Origin: a bacterium
Lineage (GTDB): Bacteria; Verrucomicrobiota; Lentisphaeria; Victivallales; GWF2-38-69
Direction: 5' to 3'
NCBI GenBank assembly: GCA_021781705.1
Contig: JAJXWI010000004.1
Span: 6,010-70,009, forward strand
Length of the DNA: 64,000 bases
Of this stretch, positions 20,203 through 29,569 are shown one piece after another. Each line of letters begins with the position of its first letter. The stretch's first letter is position 1. The notes beneath the pieces are model-generated. The model saw nothing but the letters and a program-made list of their open reading frames with translations. It made no database searches and was not told the DNA's origin. The translations under genes were made by a program, and so were the position numbers.

Positions 20203-20607
20203 ATGAAGAAGCCAATTTTATATCTCATCGGCGGGCTGCTGGCTAGTTTTGCAGTCTCAGCACAACAATTTGAGGATACAATCACAGGTAGGGAAGGCGA
20301 TGAAGGCGTACAGCAAATACAAGACAAAAGTGATGTATCCATATATGGACTAATTGCACAAAATTTAGAAGTGCTTAATCAAAACATAGCTGTTGCGGAG
20401 GCCGCTATAATATCCAGCAAAGTAGATATAGCAATCAATAAGGCGGTTATAAAAATAAAACAAACAAGAAACCTCACGGATAAGGATGAAGACGACAAAA
20501 TGGTCGATGCGGTTAGAAAATTAGCCGAAAAGATACTTCAAGATAAGAGTAATAACTATTCCGATAAACCAGGGCCTATCCGCAAATCCCAGGATTTTGG
20601 CAGATAG
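20203..20607 (+). CDS. hypothetical secreted protein
   Basis: Signal peptide MKK...FAVSA; AAGGAAG upstream. Confidence 0.7.
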   Translation: MKKPILYLIGGLLASFAVSAQQFEDTITGREGDEGVQQIQDKSDVSIYGLIAQNLEVLNQNIAVAEAAIISSKVDIAINKAVIKIKQTRNLTDKDEDDKMVDAVRKLAEKILQDKSNNYSDKPGPIRKSQDFGR

Positions 20608-20708
20608 AAAATTCTAGATAGAGATGAGATGTATAGACAACTTGTTTTTGATGAAATTTTGCAAAAATTGCTGTACATGAATTTATTGGAATTAATTTAC
20701 AGCATCAT

Positions 20709-21626
20709 CTATTTCGATTTCTTGGGATAAATATCTCTCCATCTTCTGGCAGCCCAGAGCCATTGAGAAGGATTTTCTCTAACTATCTGTTCGAGTTCAT
20801 CATTGATTTTTTGCGTTAATATCTGTGCATCTTTGGCCATATCTCCTGATGGAGTTATGGTAAAAGGGCCTCTCATAAGCAATTCAAAGTGAAAATGATC
20901 ATCAAGCCTTTTTGTTACGATAAGAAGCAATGGAGCGCCGGTCTTCAAGCTTAGCAGGGCAGGGGTATCATGAGTCCTCACTGGCAGAGAGAAAAACGTG
21001 GTTGCTGCTCCATTATTGTCCCCCGGATGCTGGTCTATTAATATTCCCAATAATTTATGCTGTTTAAGCCCGATAAGGAGTCGCTTTAGTGCTCCTTCTT
21101 GGGGATATATTTCCTGTTTGAATGATTTTCTCTTAGAGAATATATATTCGCTTAACTTGGGATTGTCCATTGGTCTTCCCACGCTTACTATACCTCGAAA
21201 AAGAAGAGATAAGCTTAGCCCTGAAATTTCCCAATTTCCATAATGAGCGCTTGCGCAAACTGTTCCTCTCGGATCTGCCAACGCCTGCTTTATTTCCTCA
21301 GAAATATTATATGTGACATATTTGTTTATATTTTCAGGTGTAAAAATCTGATCAAGTTTTACAAATTCTACAGCAACCTTCCCGAGATTAATGAAATTGT
21401 TTAAAGCTATATTTTTGGCTTCTTCATAATTGTTGGCGACGCCTGCGTGCAAAATATTTTTAATCGTGCGATTTCTATGTTTCCTATCACAGAAAAACCC
21501 TATTCGTGATGCCAGATTTGCAATGAAATACGCCACGCGCAGAGGCATGGCCCTGACTATTTCTATTCCAATCTTGGCTGGTATGAACTCAAGATTGATT
21601 ATAGTGTTACCTTTATTCTTGCTAAT
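20709..21626 (-). CDS. lipid A late acyltransferase (LpxL/HtrB family)
   Basis: SAHYGNWE, RPMDNP, LIDQ, PSQWLWAARRW; frame is open upstream of ATG 21548 to an ATT after GAGGG; start uncertain. Confidence 0.85.
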   Translation of the reverse strand: MSKNKGNTIINLEFIPAKIGIEIVRAMPLRVAYFIANLASRIGFFCDRKHRNRTIKNILHAGVANNYEEAKNIALNNFINLGKVAVEFVKLDQIFTPENINKYVTYNISEEIKQALADPRGTVCASAHYGNWEISGLSLSLLFRGIVSVGRPMDNPKLSEYIFSKRKSFKQEIYPQEGALKRLLIGLKQHKLLGILIDQHPGDNNGAATTFFSLPVRTHDTPALLSLKTGAPLLLIVTKRLDDHFHFELLMRGPFTITPSGDMAKDAQILTQKINDELEQIVRENPSQWLWAARRWRDIYPKKSK

Positions 21627-21777
21627 AATGCCCTCAATTTCAGGGTGTTAAACCCTGCTTAAAAATTAAATAACTAGCTTATGAAAAGCATAAAAAAAGA
21701 CATTCTTAATCTATGCTTTTTTTATGAGTATGCAATAAAAAAGAAGTGAAAAGTAGTTTTTATCCGGAGATGTGTAT

Positions 21778-23091
21778 CTAGGAGATATCTGTGTTCCTAC
21801 TCTCTTTTCCTGCAATAATCGAGATTGCGGCGCAGCTTATTACTGAGTTGAGAAGGAAAAGAAGGCCATTAAAAAAAGGTTCAAAAAGCATTAAAGCAAG
21901 AATTATAGGAGATGATGGTATTCCCAAGGGGTCTAGTACTATTTTTATTAAAGCTACCCACAAGACGGCCGCTGCTCCCAGTGCTGACAAACCTGCAGCG
22001 ATAGAGCCCACAAAAATTATTATTATTTCTGAAAATCCTATAGGTATACCATACAATTGCATTGTAAAAATTGACGCGGCAGCAAACAATGCGATATCCG
22101 CATGAATTTCCATTCCCATCCAGAGCGGTGCGGTTGAGCCCACTTTGTTTTTGTCGAACCCAAGTTTTTTTGTCATTACTTTTATTAATGAGGGCATAGC
22201 GACAATATTTTCTGCTACAAATGACAGAACCATTGGTTCTTTAAGGGCTTTTAATATTGTAGCGAACGATTTTTTTGATGCATATTTTACAATTAAGATA
22301 CTTATTATAAATATAATGAGAAACACAAATGCCAAAAGTGCTCCGAGGTTTAGCAGGGAAAAGAATATATTAAAGTCCAAACCAGTCGTTTCATTAGACA
22401 TTAAGGAAATAATACCGAATGGTAAAAGATATAAAAGAAGCGTAAGAAAAATATTAAAAGCTTCAAATAGACTGTCGCATAAATTGATAAGAAATGCGCA
22501 TGTAGTTGGGGGTATATACTTGAAAAGTAAGCCGAAAATAATAGAGAAAATCAGTATCTCGACCGTTTTTTTGTTAGCCAGAGAACTAAATATGTTGCTA
22601 GGGAAAAAACCTGCTATAATTTTTAGTATGCTGGTCTCCTTTTTCTTAACTTCTTTTTCTGTGTCGAGTTCCTTAATGAAATAATAGTTTTTAAGGATGC
22701 TTTTGTCTTCTATATTGTGGTTTTCCCCGCTGTTTATTATAAGCTTTCCTAAATTCTTTGTAGTTTCTGCAGTTGGAGCAGTAATTGGAGATATTATAAA
22801 GGTTGACAGAATACTTACTCCAGAAATCGCAGAAAAAGTAAGAAACAGAGTAATAAAAATTTTTATTATGAATCCCGAAGAATCCTTAGATATGATAATT
22901 TTCCCTATGCTTGATATTATTATGATAGGAAGCATGATCGTACAACACATTTCGATTAACTTAAAATATATTTCACCGAACGGTTCAATCGCTTTTGTAA
23001 CCACCGGCGCATAAACTCCGATTATGACTCCCAAAGCCAGAGAGATAATAATGGTCCAATAGCTACTTAATATGTACTTAAGCCTTTTCAT
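21778..23091 (-). CDS. DAACS (dicarboxylate/amino acid:cation symporter) family protein, divergent
   Basis: PFGEIYFKLIEM, FFPSNIFSSL, ILIFSIIFG, LLPFGI scaffold motifs. Confidence 0.85.
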   Translation of the reverse strand: MKRLKYILSSYWTIIISLALGVIIGVYAPVVTKAIEPFGEIYFKLIEMCCTIMLPIIIISSIGKIIISKDSSGFIIKIFITLFLTFSAISGVSILSTFIISPITAPTAETTKNLGKLIINSGENHNIEDKSILKNYYFIKELDTEKEVKKKETSILKIIAGFFPSNIFSSLANKKTVEILIFSIIFGLLFKYIPPTTCAFLINLCDSLFEAFNIFLTLLLYLLPFGIISLMSNETTGLDFNIFFSLLNLGALLAFVFLIIFIISILIVKYASKKSFATILKALKEPMVLSFVAENIVAMPSLIKVMTKKLGFDKNKVGSTAPLWMGMEIHADIALFAAASIFTMQLYGIPIGFSEIIIIFVGSIAAGLSALGAAAVLWVALIKIVLDPLGIPSSPIILALMLFEPFFNGLLFLLNSVISCAAISIIAGKESRNTDIS

Positions 23092-23102
23092 TTATCTCCT
23101 CA

Positions 23103-24014
23103 CTATTCGCATTTATATGCTTCTGGATATTTTTCAATAAGATCATCTACATTAAAGTAAAAATCATGAGATTCCAAGTATAAATTAATATAGTCAAACA
23201 GATTGGGATTTTTAGGTGAAATTCCGATAGCAATATTGTCATTTTGGTATTTTAATACGTAAGCAGTAGCTGTCAGAGCAATTTCAGGATGTTTTCTGGA
23301 AAGCAATGTTATTTCATTTTCATCACCTAGCACAGCAAGTATTTCATGATTAGTTAGTGCGTTTAACGCTTCTTGAAGTGTAGGGTATTCATATATTTGT
23401 GCTTTTGGGAAAAGATTATCCGCAAATTCTGCATAGACACTTTCATGAACTCCGATTTTAAATGCATTTTTACACATGTATTTATAGGGATTTTCTCTTA
23501 TGTTGAGCTCTATAGCTTCTTTTTTGCAAACGATTAAGGACTGGCGCAGCCGAGCATATGTGTTGGAAAAGTAAACATATTTAGATCTATCGAATGTGTG
23601 GCTAAGTTCCCCTACAGCTATATCTATTTCTCCAGTATGAAGCTTTTTGAAGAGTTCAGTCTGGTTTGCTATATTATTATCAAATACTGCTTTTACTCCC
23701 AAATGCCTCGCCAAAGAGGTGCTTATTTCTATGTCAAGCCCATCTATGATTTTACCTTCACTATCCTTTATAAGGAATGGAATATCGCCACCTTGATATA
23801 TGCCAACGTTCAAAGTGCCTCTTGTTATTATTTTTTTAATATCTGGGAATACTTCGGACTTAGAATATTGTTCATATCCCATGCTTGTTTTTTTGATAAG
23901 TTTGCCAGAACTATTTTTTGTTTTATCAGTATGTTGTTTTACGTTTTCCTTTCCACATCCTGTCAGGAATATAAGAAATGTCACGACGCAAAGAGCATAT
24001 ATAGTTTTTTTCAT
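23103..24014 (-). CDS. family-3 solute-binding lipoprotein
   Basis: Lipobox LTGC; RGTLNVG, GLDIEI..LA..LGV, GEIDIAV, T.DR...VYFS motifs. Confidence 0.88.
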   Translation of the reverse strand: MKKTIYALCVVTFLIFLTGCGKENVKQHTDKTKNSSGKLIKKTSMGYEQYSKSEVFPDIKKIITRGTLNVGIYQGGDIPFLIKDSEGKIIDGLDIEISTSLARHLGVKAVFDNNIANQTELFKKLHTGEIDIAVGELSHTFDRSKYVYFSNTYARLRQSLIVCKKEAIELNIRENPYKYMCKNAFKIGVHESVYAEFADNLFPKAQIYEYPTLQEALNALTNHEILAVLGDENEITLLSRKHPEIALTATAYVLKYQNDNIAIGISPKNPNLFDYINLYLESHDFYFNVDDLIEKYPEAYKCE

Positions 24015-24202
24015 CTATCTATTCCTCTGACTACAATATTTTGATGTTTGGACAGGTGTTAGCTGTAATCGTAGCATACCTGGGGGCGTTAAACAAGAGC
24101 AAAAGGGTAGTAAGAAAATAGGAAATATTTATTAAGGTGCCTGCTCTCTACATAATTAAGTATCAAATTACTGTGAGCGTAATAAAATTGAAACAAACAG
24201 AC

Positions 24203-24814
24203 TTAACATAGTTCGCTTGAGAGGCATAATGAATTAATCCATTTTTCTAATATCAGATAGTACTCTCTTGTTAATGCCGGAAATTCGCTGCCATTAAGAA
24301 TGTGGTTTATTAACAATGAGAGGAAGTTCTTATTTCTTTTTTGATCTTCCTGAGAATATGCCAGGTCTTCAGGTAGAAGTCCGTTTTCGTAAAGGTATGC
24401 AAGTTTAATGAAAAATTGTTGGCATCGTTTGTTGTTCGTTAAAGAATCAATATACCGCAATAATGATTTGTAGAGAACAGGACACGATACTCCATAGTGT
24501 TTGTTTCTCATAATGAATGGCACAATTTCAAAGGCTTCTGTGAATCTTTCTGGTGCGTTTGCAAGAGCATCATGGGTTTTTAAAAGTTCTAGAGTTGTGG
24601 GCGATATTAATGCCTTATTTCTATCATAAAAGCTTACCGAAAAAACTCTGAAATAATCGACTTCAGGAAAAGATGTTTTAGAAATTCTTCTAGCGCCTTT
24701 TAAAATAAAATCTATTTTTCCCACATCTGGGCTTAGCCCGGAAACAATAAGACTGCTCTCCTGGTAGGCAGTTTTTCTTAATACTATAAATTCTGTAGAA
24801 ATAAAACGGTTCAT
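24203..24814 (-). CDS. recO: DNA repair protein RecO
   Basis: N-terminal OB-fold motif IVLRKTAYQESSLIV..L....GKI....KGARR. Confidence 0.8.
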   Translation of the reverse strand: MNRFISTEFIVLRKTAYQESSLIVSGLSPDVGKIDFILKGARRISKTSFPEVDYFRVFSVSFYDRNKALISPTTLELLKTHDALANAPERFTEAFEIVPFIMRNKHYGVSCPVLYKSLLRYIDSLTNNKRCQQFFIKLAYLYENGLLPEDLAYSQEDQKRNKNFLSLLINHILNGSEFPALTREYYLILEKWINSLCLSSELC

Positions 24815-24982
24815 AAAATAAAATTAACTCTTTTAGACTCTTGCAATAAGATAGCACACTTTTACAGGCGTTTATAGATAAAAAGTGTTGAATCCTTTGA
24901 GTATTGAAACATACTTGTTATCTGGTAGTATAATTTGTATTCATTAATGACTCAGCATGTCAGTATTTAAGGAATAGGAGCT

Positions 24983-26659
24983 ATGAACAGTATAGAAGAT
25001 AGGCAGCTTAAGATAACCTTTGATAATAAAGAAGAAACAACCTGTTTTCCGGGGACTCTAGTAAAAAATATTATCAAGAAACATAGAACCTATGATCCGG
25101 ACCGTACTTATATAGGCGCATTGGTAAATAACAGGGTGGTAACCATGACCTACCCGGTGGACGTAGATTCAGAAATAACAATGCTAACGATGGCTGACTC
25201 TCATGGCTGGCGTGTTTATAGAAACTCTGTGGCTTTTCTCCTTTCTAAAGCGGCCTATGAATGTTTTCCTGAGTATCAGTTGGAAATCAAGCATTCCCTG
25301 AACGAAAGCTTTTACTGCTCCTTTGATGGCGTTGAGGAAAAAAAACTGCCCGAAATTTTGGTCAAGATTGAGCAGCACATGCGAAAAGATGTTGAAGATA
25401 GGCTTTCTATAGTGAGAAGAAAAGTTCTTCTTGAAGATGCTATTTTTCATTTTGCGTCGAAGGGAAGGGAAGATAAATGTAATCTTTTAAGGTTTCAGAA
25501 CCCCCCCAAAGTTGCCGTTTATCTCTGTGGAGATTTTGTAGATCTTGCTCACGGAGCGCTCTCAGAGGATACAAAAGATCTGGAGCACTTTAAACTTTTG
25601 CCCTATGACTCAGGGTTTATTTTGCAATTTCCAGAAAAAAAACTGCCGATACAATTTGTGGAATTCAAAGAGCAGAAGCATCTGTTCGATATATTCAAAG
25701 CCTATTCAAAATGGGGAAAAACGATAGGAATAAAGACTGTCGGCAATTTAAATGAAATAATAATTCGTGGAGAATTTAAAAGGCTGGTTGATGTCGAAGA
25801 ATGTTTTCAGGAAAAGAAAATAGCTGAAATAGCTGATTGCATATATGCTCGCAAAGATGACGTAAAATGGGTGCTTATTGCTGGTCCGTCTTCATCAGGG
25901 AAAACTACATTTGCATATAGGCTTTTGACTCAGCTTAAGGTTAATGGGATAACACCTGTTGTAATATCAGTGGATAACTATTTTGTAGACAGGGAAAAAA
26001 CGCCGAGAGATGAAAGTGGCGACTACGATTTTGAACACATAAATACTCTTGATCTTGATTTGCTGCAAGAGCACTTAAGTCTGCTGGATAAAGGAGAGGA
26101 GGTAGAGATTCCGATATTTGACTTTAAAGAAGGCAGGCGGATGTGGACGGGGCATAGAATCAAGCTTAAGGATCATGAGGTTGGAGTCATAGAGGGCATA
26201 CATTCCTTAAATCCTGTAATGACCAGCATTTTGCCTCCTGAAAGAAAATATAAGATTTATATTAATGCTCTCACACAGCTTAACCTTGACTATAACAACC
26301 GCATATCGACTACAGATTGTAGGCTAATAAGAAGAATAATACGAGACCATAGAACAAGGGGCAACAGGGCGCTAAAAAGCATGAAAATGTGGGAAAGTGT
26401 TAGGGTTGGAGAGAAGCGCTGGATATTCCCTTACCAACAGCAAGCAGACATTGCATTTAGTTCAGCCCTTAATTATGAACTTGCGGTACAAAAGCCGCTG
26501 GTAGAGCCGCTTCTCTGTGAAATAAAGCCATGGCATCCGCAATATTCCGATGCTAGAAGAATATTGGATTTTCTTTCAAACTTTGTTCCGGCTCCGTCTT
26601 ATGATATCCCTCGAAGATCGCTGGTGAGAGAATTCATTGGAGGTGGAATTCTAGGATAA
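24983..26659 (+). CDS. nucleoside (uridine) kinase with N-terminal ThrRS-like domain
   Basis: GALVNN/YRNS ThrRS-N-like region; AGPSSSGKTT P-loop; IEGIH; RLIRRIIRD. Confidence 0.88.
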   Translation: MNSIEDRQLKITFDNKEETTCFPGTLVKNIIKKHRTYDPDRTYIGALVNNRVVTMTYPVDVDSEITMLTMADSHGWRVYRNSVAFLLSKAAYECFPEYQLEIKHSLNESFYCSFDGVEEKKLPEILVKIEQHMRKDVEDRLSIVRRKVLLEDAIFHFASKGREDKCNLLRFQNPPKVAVYLCGDFVDLAHGALSEDTKDLEHFKLLPYDSGFILQFPEKKLPIQFVEFKEQKHLFDIFKAYSKWGKTIGIKTVGNLNEIIIRGEFKRLVDVEECFQEKKIAEIADCIYARKDDVKWVLIAGPSSSGKTTFAYRLLTQLKVNGITPVVISVDNYFVDREKTPRDESGDYDFEHINTLDLDLLQEHLSLLDKGEEVEIPIFDFKEGRRMWTGHRIKLKDHEVGVIEGIHSLNPVMTSILPPERKYKIYINALTQLNLDYNNRISTTDCRLIRRIIRDHRTRGNRALKSMKMWESVRVGEKRWIFPYQQQADIAFSSALNYELAVQKPLVEPLLCEIKPWHPQYSDARRILDFLSNFVPAPSYDIPRRSLVREFIGGGILG

Positions 26660-26782
26660 GAAGAATTTCTTCGCAAATAAGTTGGAATGAATTTTTCCGA
26701 TCAGTTGAACCCTTAAATAAAACTTGCATCTGAGTTGCGTGGTGGCGGGATTAAATTAACAAGATTCAAAATGAGGAGGTTT

Positions 26783-28483
26783 TTAGGACTCTTTCACTAT
26801 TTTAGGTGCGAATAAGTCTATGTTACTGATAAAAATATCAACAAGGGTAGGATCAAATAAAACGCCCTTATTTTTTTTAAAAAAATCAGTAACTTCATTA
26901 ATGCTCCAATTGTCCTTGTAGACTCTCTCAGAAATCAATGCATCAAATACATCTACAATAGTAACTATTCTTGCGGATAAAGGAATATCCTCTCCTGCCA
27001 ATCCATTGGGATAACCCTTTCCGCACCATTGCTCATGGTGATAAAATGCAATATCTTTAGCCGTACTTAAAAGTAGGGAATTGCTGTTTTCTAACATTTT
27101 GGCCCCAATACTCGTATGACTCTTTATGATTTCAAATTCTTCGGAATCAAGTTTTCCTGGTTTTCTCAATATTTGATCACTAATTCCTATTTTGCCAATA
27201 TCGTGCAGCAAGCTGGCCTGCCCTATAATTTCCGATTTCGATTCGTCTAAACCACATTTTCTTGCAAGAAGTTTGGAATATTCACTTATCCTTTTGACAT
27301 GGGTTCCGGTATCTGTGTCTCTTTTTTCTGCAGCTATGGCAAGGCGTAAAATGGTATCTTCTCTGGAAAGTTTAAGTTCTTTTGTCCTTTCGTCTACTAG
27401 ATCCTCCAACGAGTTGTTGACATTCTTAATCGTTGCTATCATTTTAATAAATTCTTTGGTAAGAGTGCCAATTTCATCTTTTCTTGTTGAGTCTATATTT
27501 ACTGTTAAGTCTTTTGTAGTTTGTATGTTGTGGATATTATGCGTTAGACTGGAAATAGGAGTTATTAAAAATTTTTGCACCACTTCGCCGGAAACCAATA
27601 ATAATATCACACACGCAATCAGTACTGCTACAACAAAAGAATTCAGGGTTTTGCTGGCAATCAAGTAAATATCTCTGGGGACAATTACTTTCATTAGCAA
27701 AGGATTTTCTTTTCCAAGTACTCCCAAATAAGAATACAAAAACAGTTCATCGTTTTTTTGAACAGCATAAGAAAGATGATAGCTTTTATCTATCCCGTCA
27801 ATTATATCCTTAAAGTTGCCATAGTTATTTCTAGTGATTTCGTACAGTTTAAAGGGAACCTTTATACTATCAGAAAGAGACTTTATATAATCGGCGGTAA
27901 GAAATCTCCCTGTTATCACACTTCCTCTACAGCTGGTTCTGTCCGATTTTAATATAGGGCTTAATGCAATCATTATCGGCCCGTAGCTGCTCATCAAAAC
28001 CCCGGAAATCACATTTTTTTTGTAATTTATCATTTTGTCATTATATAAAAAATTTTCATATTTTGTCAGGATTAAATTATTAACTTTTTCTAAGGCTATG
28101 GTTTCCGATATTCCTGGATTCAAATGTTTATTTAAAACTTTACCCCAGATTAAAACTTTATTTTCATTATAAAAAAGAATAATATCGAGATTGTTGTCCG
28201 AAAAGGTGCTGGCTGTCAGATTCACATTCTTGTAAGCCTCGTTCCCTGTGTTTACAAAGTTATAAGTATCATCCCACGTCGCCCAATCATGTGCGGTTTC
28301 CGACATGGTTTTTAATGCGTTTTTTATTGTGTCCTGGGAACGTCCGACATCTTTATCAGCTAGTGAAAGTTCTATTTGTTCAATGGATGGTATCAGGAAA
28401 TATTCGTAAGACAATAGAACTATTATTGTGCTTATTATCATGATAGCCAGCAAAATCAAAGAGAACTGATGTCTTAATTTCAT
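26783..28483 (-). CDS. CHASE4-HAMP-HD-GYP c-di-GMP phosphodiesterase
   Basis: DWATWDDTY (CHASE4), RKDEIG (HAMP), HDIGK, HHEQW.GKGYP, two TM. Confidence 0.92.
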   Translation of the reverse strand: MKLRHQFSLILLAIMIISTIIVLLSYEYFLIPSIEQIELSLADKDVGRSQDTIKNALKTMSETAHDWATWDDTYNFVNTGNEAYKNVNLTASTFSDNNLDIILFYNENKVLIWGKVLNKHLNPGISETIALEKVNNLILTKYENFLYNDKMINYKKNVISGVLMSSYGPIMIALSPILKSDRTSCRGSVITGRFLTADYIKSLSDSIKVPFKLYEITRNNYGNFKDIIDGIDKSYHLSYAVQKNDELFLYSYLGVLGKENPLLMKVIVPRDIYLIASKTLNSFVVAVLIACVILLLVSGEVVQKFLITPISSLTHNIHNIQTTKDLTVNIDSTRKDEIGTLTKEFIKMIATIKNVNNSLEDLVDERTKELKLSREDTILRLAIAAEKRDTDTGTHVKRISEYSKLLARKCGLDESKSEIIGQASLLHDIGKIGISDQILRKPGKLDSEEFEIIKSHTSIGAKMLENSNSLLLSTAKDIAFYHHEQWCGKGYPNGLAGEDIPLSARIVTIVDVFDALISERVYKDNWSINEVTDFFKKNKGVLFDPTLVDIFISNIDLFAPKIVKES

Positions 28484-28653
28484 GCTATATAAAACCTAAA
28501 CTACAGATAATATTTAGATAACGATCTAGTCGTACATTATAAATAATAATATCAAATTATACCATGTGCAAAACTCAGAAAACTCGGCTTAAAATGCATA
28601 GTTGGTAAAAAATGCTGTCGTCGTTAAAAAACCAGACACCAGGCGCCTGCAAT

Positions 28654-28690
28654 AAAAAACCCTGAAACTTAGCAGTCTAGTTTCAGTGTT
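28654..28690 (-). terminator. intrinsic terminator
   Basis: CTGAAACT/AGTTTCAG stem with a T-tract on the minus strand, downstream of the 28720 gene. Confidence 0.6.
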
Positions 28691-28719
28691 GATAATATCA
28701 AACGATTAAGCTGTATGCA

Positions 28720-29367
28720 TTACTTCATGTCGTCTACCACCCAATCGGAATCATACATTTTTATTCTTAATTTGCTAGGGGAGGTGGAGATTTCTGGGAA
28801 TCGTGAGACACAAGAGGTGTCCCAATTAAAAGCATTACCTGCGTATAGCGAGGTTGTATTTATTCCTGCGGCATATGCATAAGCTTCGATTGGTGTTTGG
28901 TTTCTTCGTATTGTATGATATCTGTTAATCAGATCTTCAGCAGAAAGATTTTCGATATAGTATTTGGATATGTCACCGTATCCTAAGCAGTAGTTGTGTA
29001 ACACTCGTATGGCTACATATGGGGATGGGGATAATGAACGCAATTTGCGATATACATCGGACCATTGGATAGTCTTGGCAATGTTCTCTACAGTGAAAAG
29101 CATTCGTAGGTGCATTGAGTTTGGGCTTGCGCCCGCTGAATGCAGATCTTTTTGGGTGATTATCAGCATTAGGTTGATTACAGTTTGTTTTAATTGTTCA
29201 GGTGTCATATCTCTTATATCTTGAGATATTTTTAGTTTCAGCTCTTCTTCATCTATACTTACCCCGCTTAGGGGATCCAGAGCAGGAGCTGCTTGCGTTA
29301 CAGCAGTGGTGCCGAATAGTCCCCATGCTATGAGTCCAATGAAAATGTTTAACATGATTTTATTCAT
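28720..29367 (-). CDS. hypothetical secreted protein (YAAGIN-motif)
   Basis: Signal-like N-terminus; GAGG RBS; downstream terminator. Confidence 0.75.
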   Translation of the reverse strand: MNKIMLNIFIGLIAWGLFGTTAVTQAAPALDPLSGVSIDEEELKLKISQDIRDMTPEQLKQTVINLMLIITQKDLHSAGASPNSMHLRMLFTVENIAKTIQWSDVYRKLRSLSPSPYVAIRVLHNYCLGYGDISKYYIENLSAEDLINRYHTIRRNQTPIEAYAYAAGINTTSLYAGNAFNWDTSCVSRFPEISTSPSKLRIKMYDSDWVVDDMK

Positions 29368-29569
29368 TTTTTACCTCGCGCGTGTTAATTTTGTTTGTAG
29401 TTTTATTCTCACAATTTGTGCTTAAAATGAATCATTCTTTAATAAAATGGGATATTATATCTCTATTTTTTTAACGGACTAATGGTATTTGTAAAAAACA
29501 TGAAAATTTCGTTATCATCTTGCATGACGGCAATTCCAGCAAGATGATTTGCATTTCAGATAATCCGTG

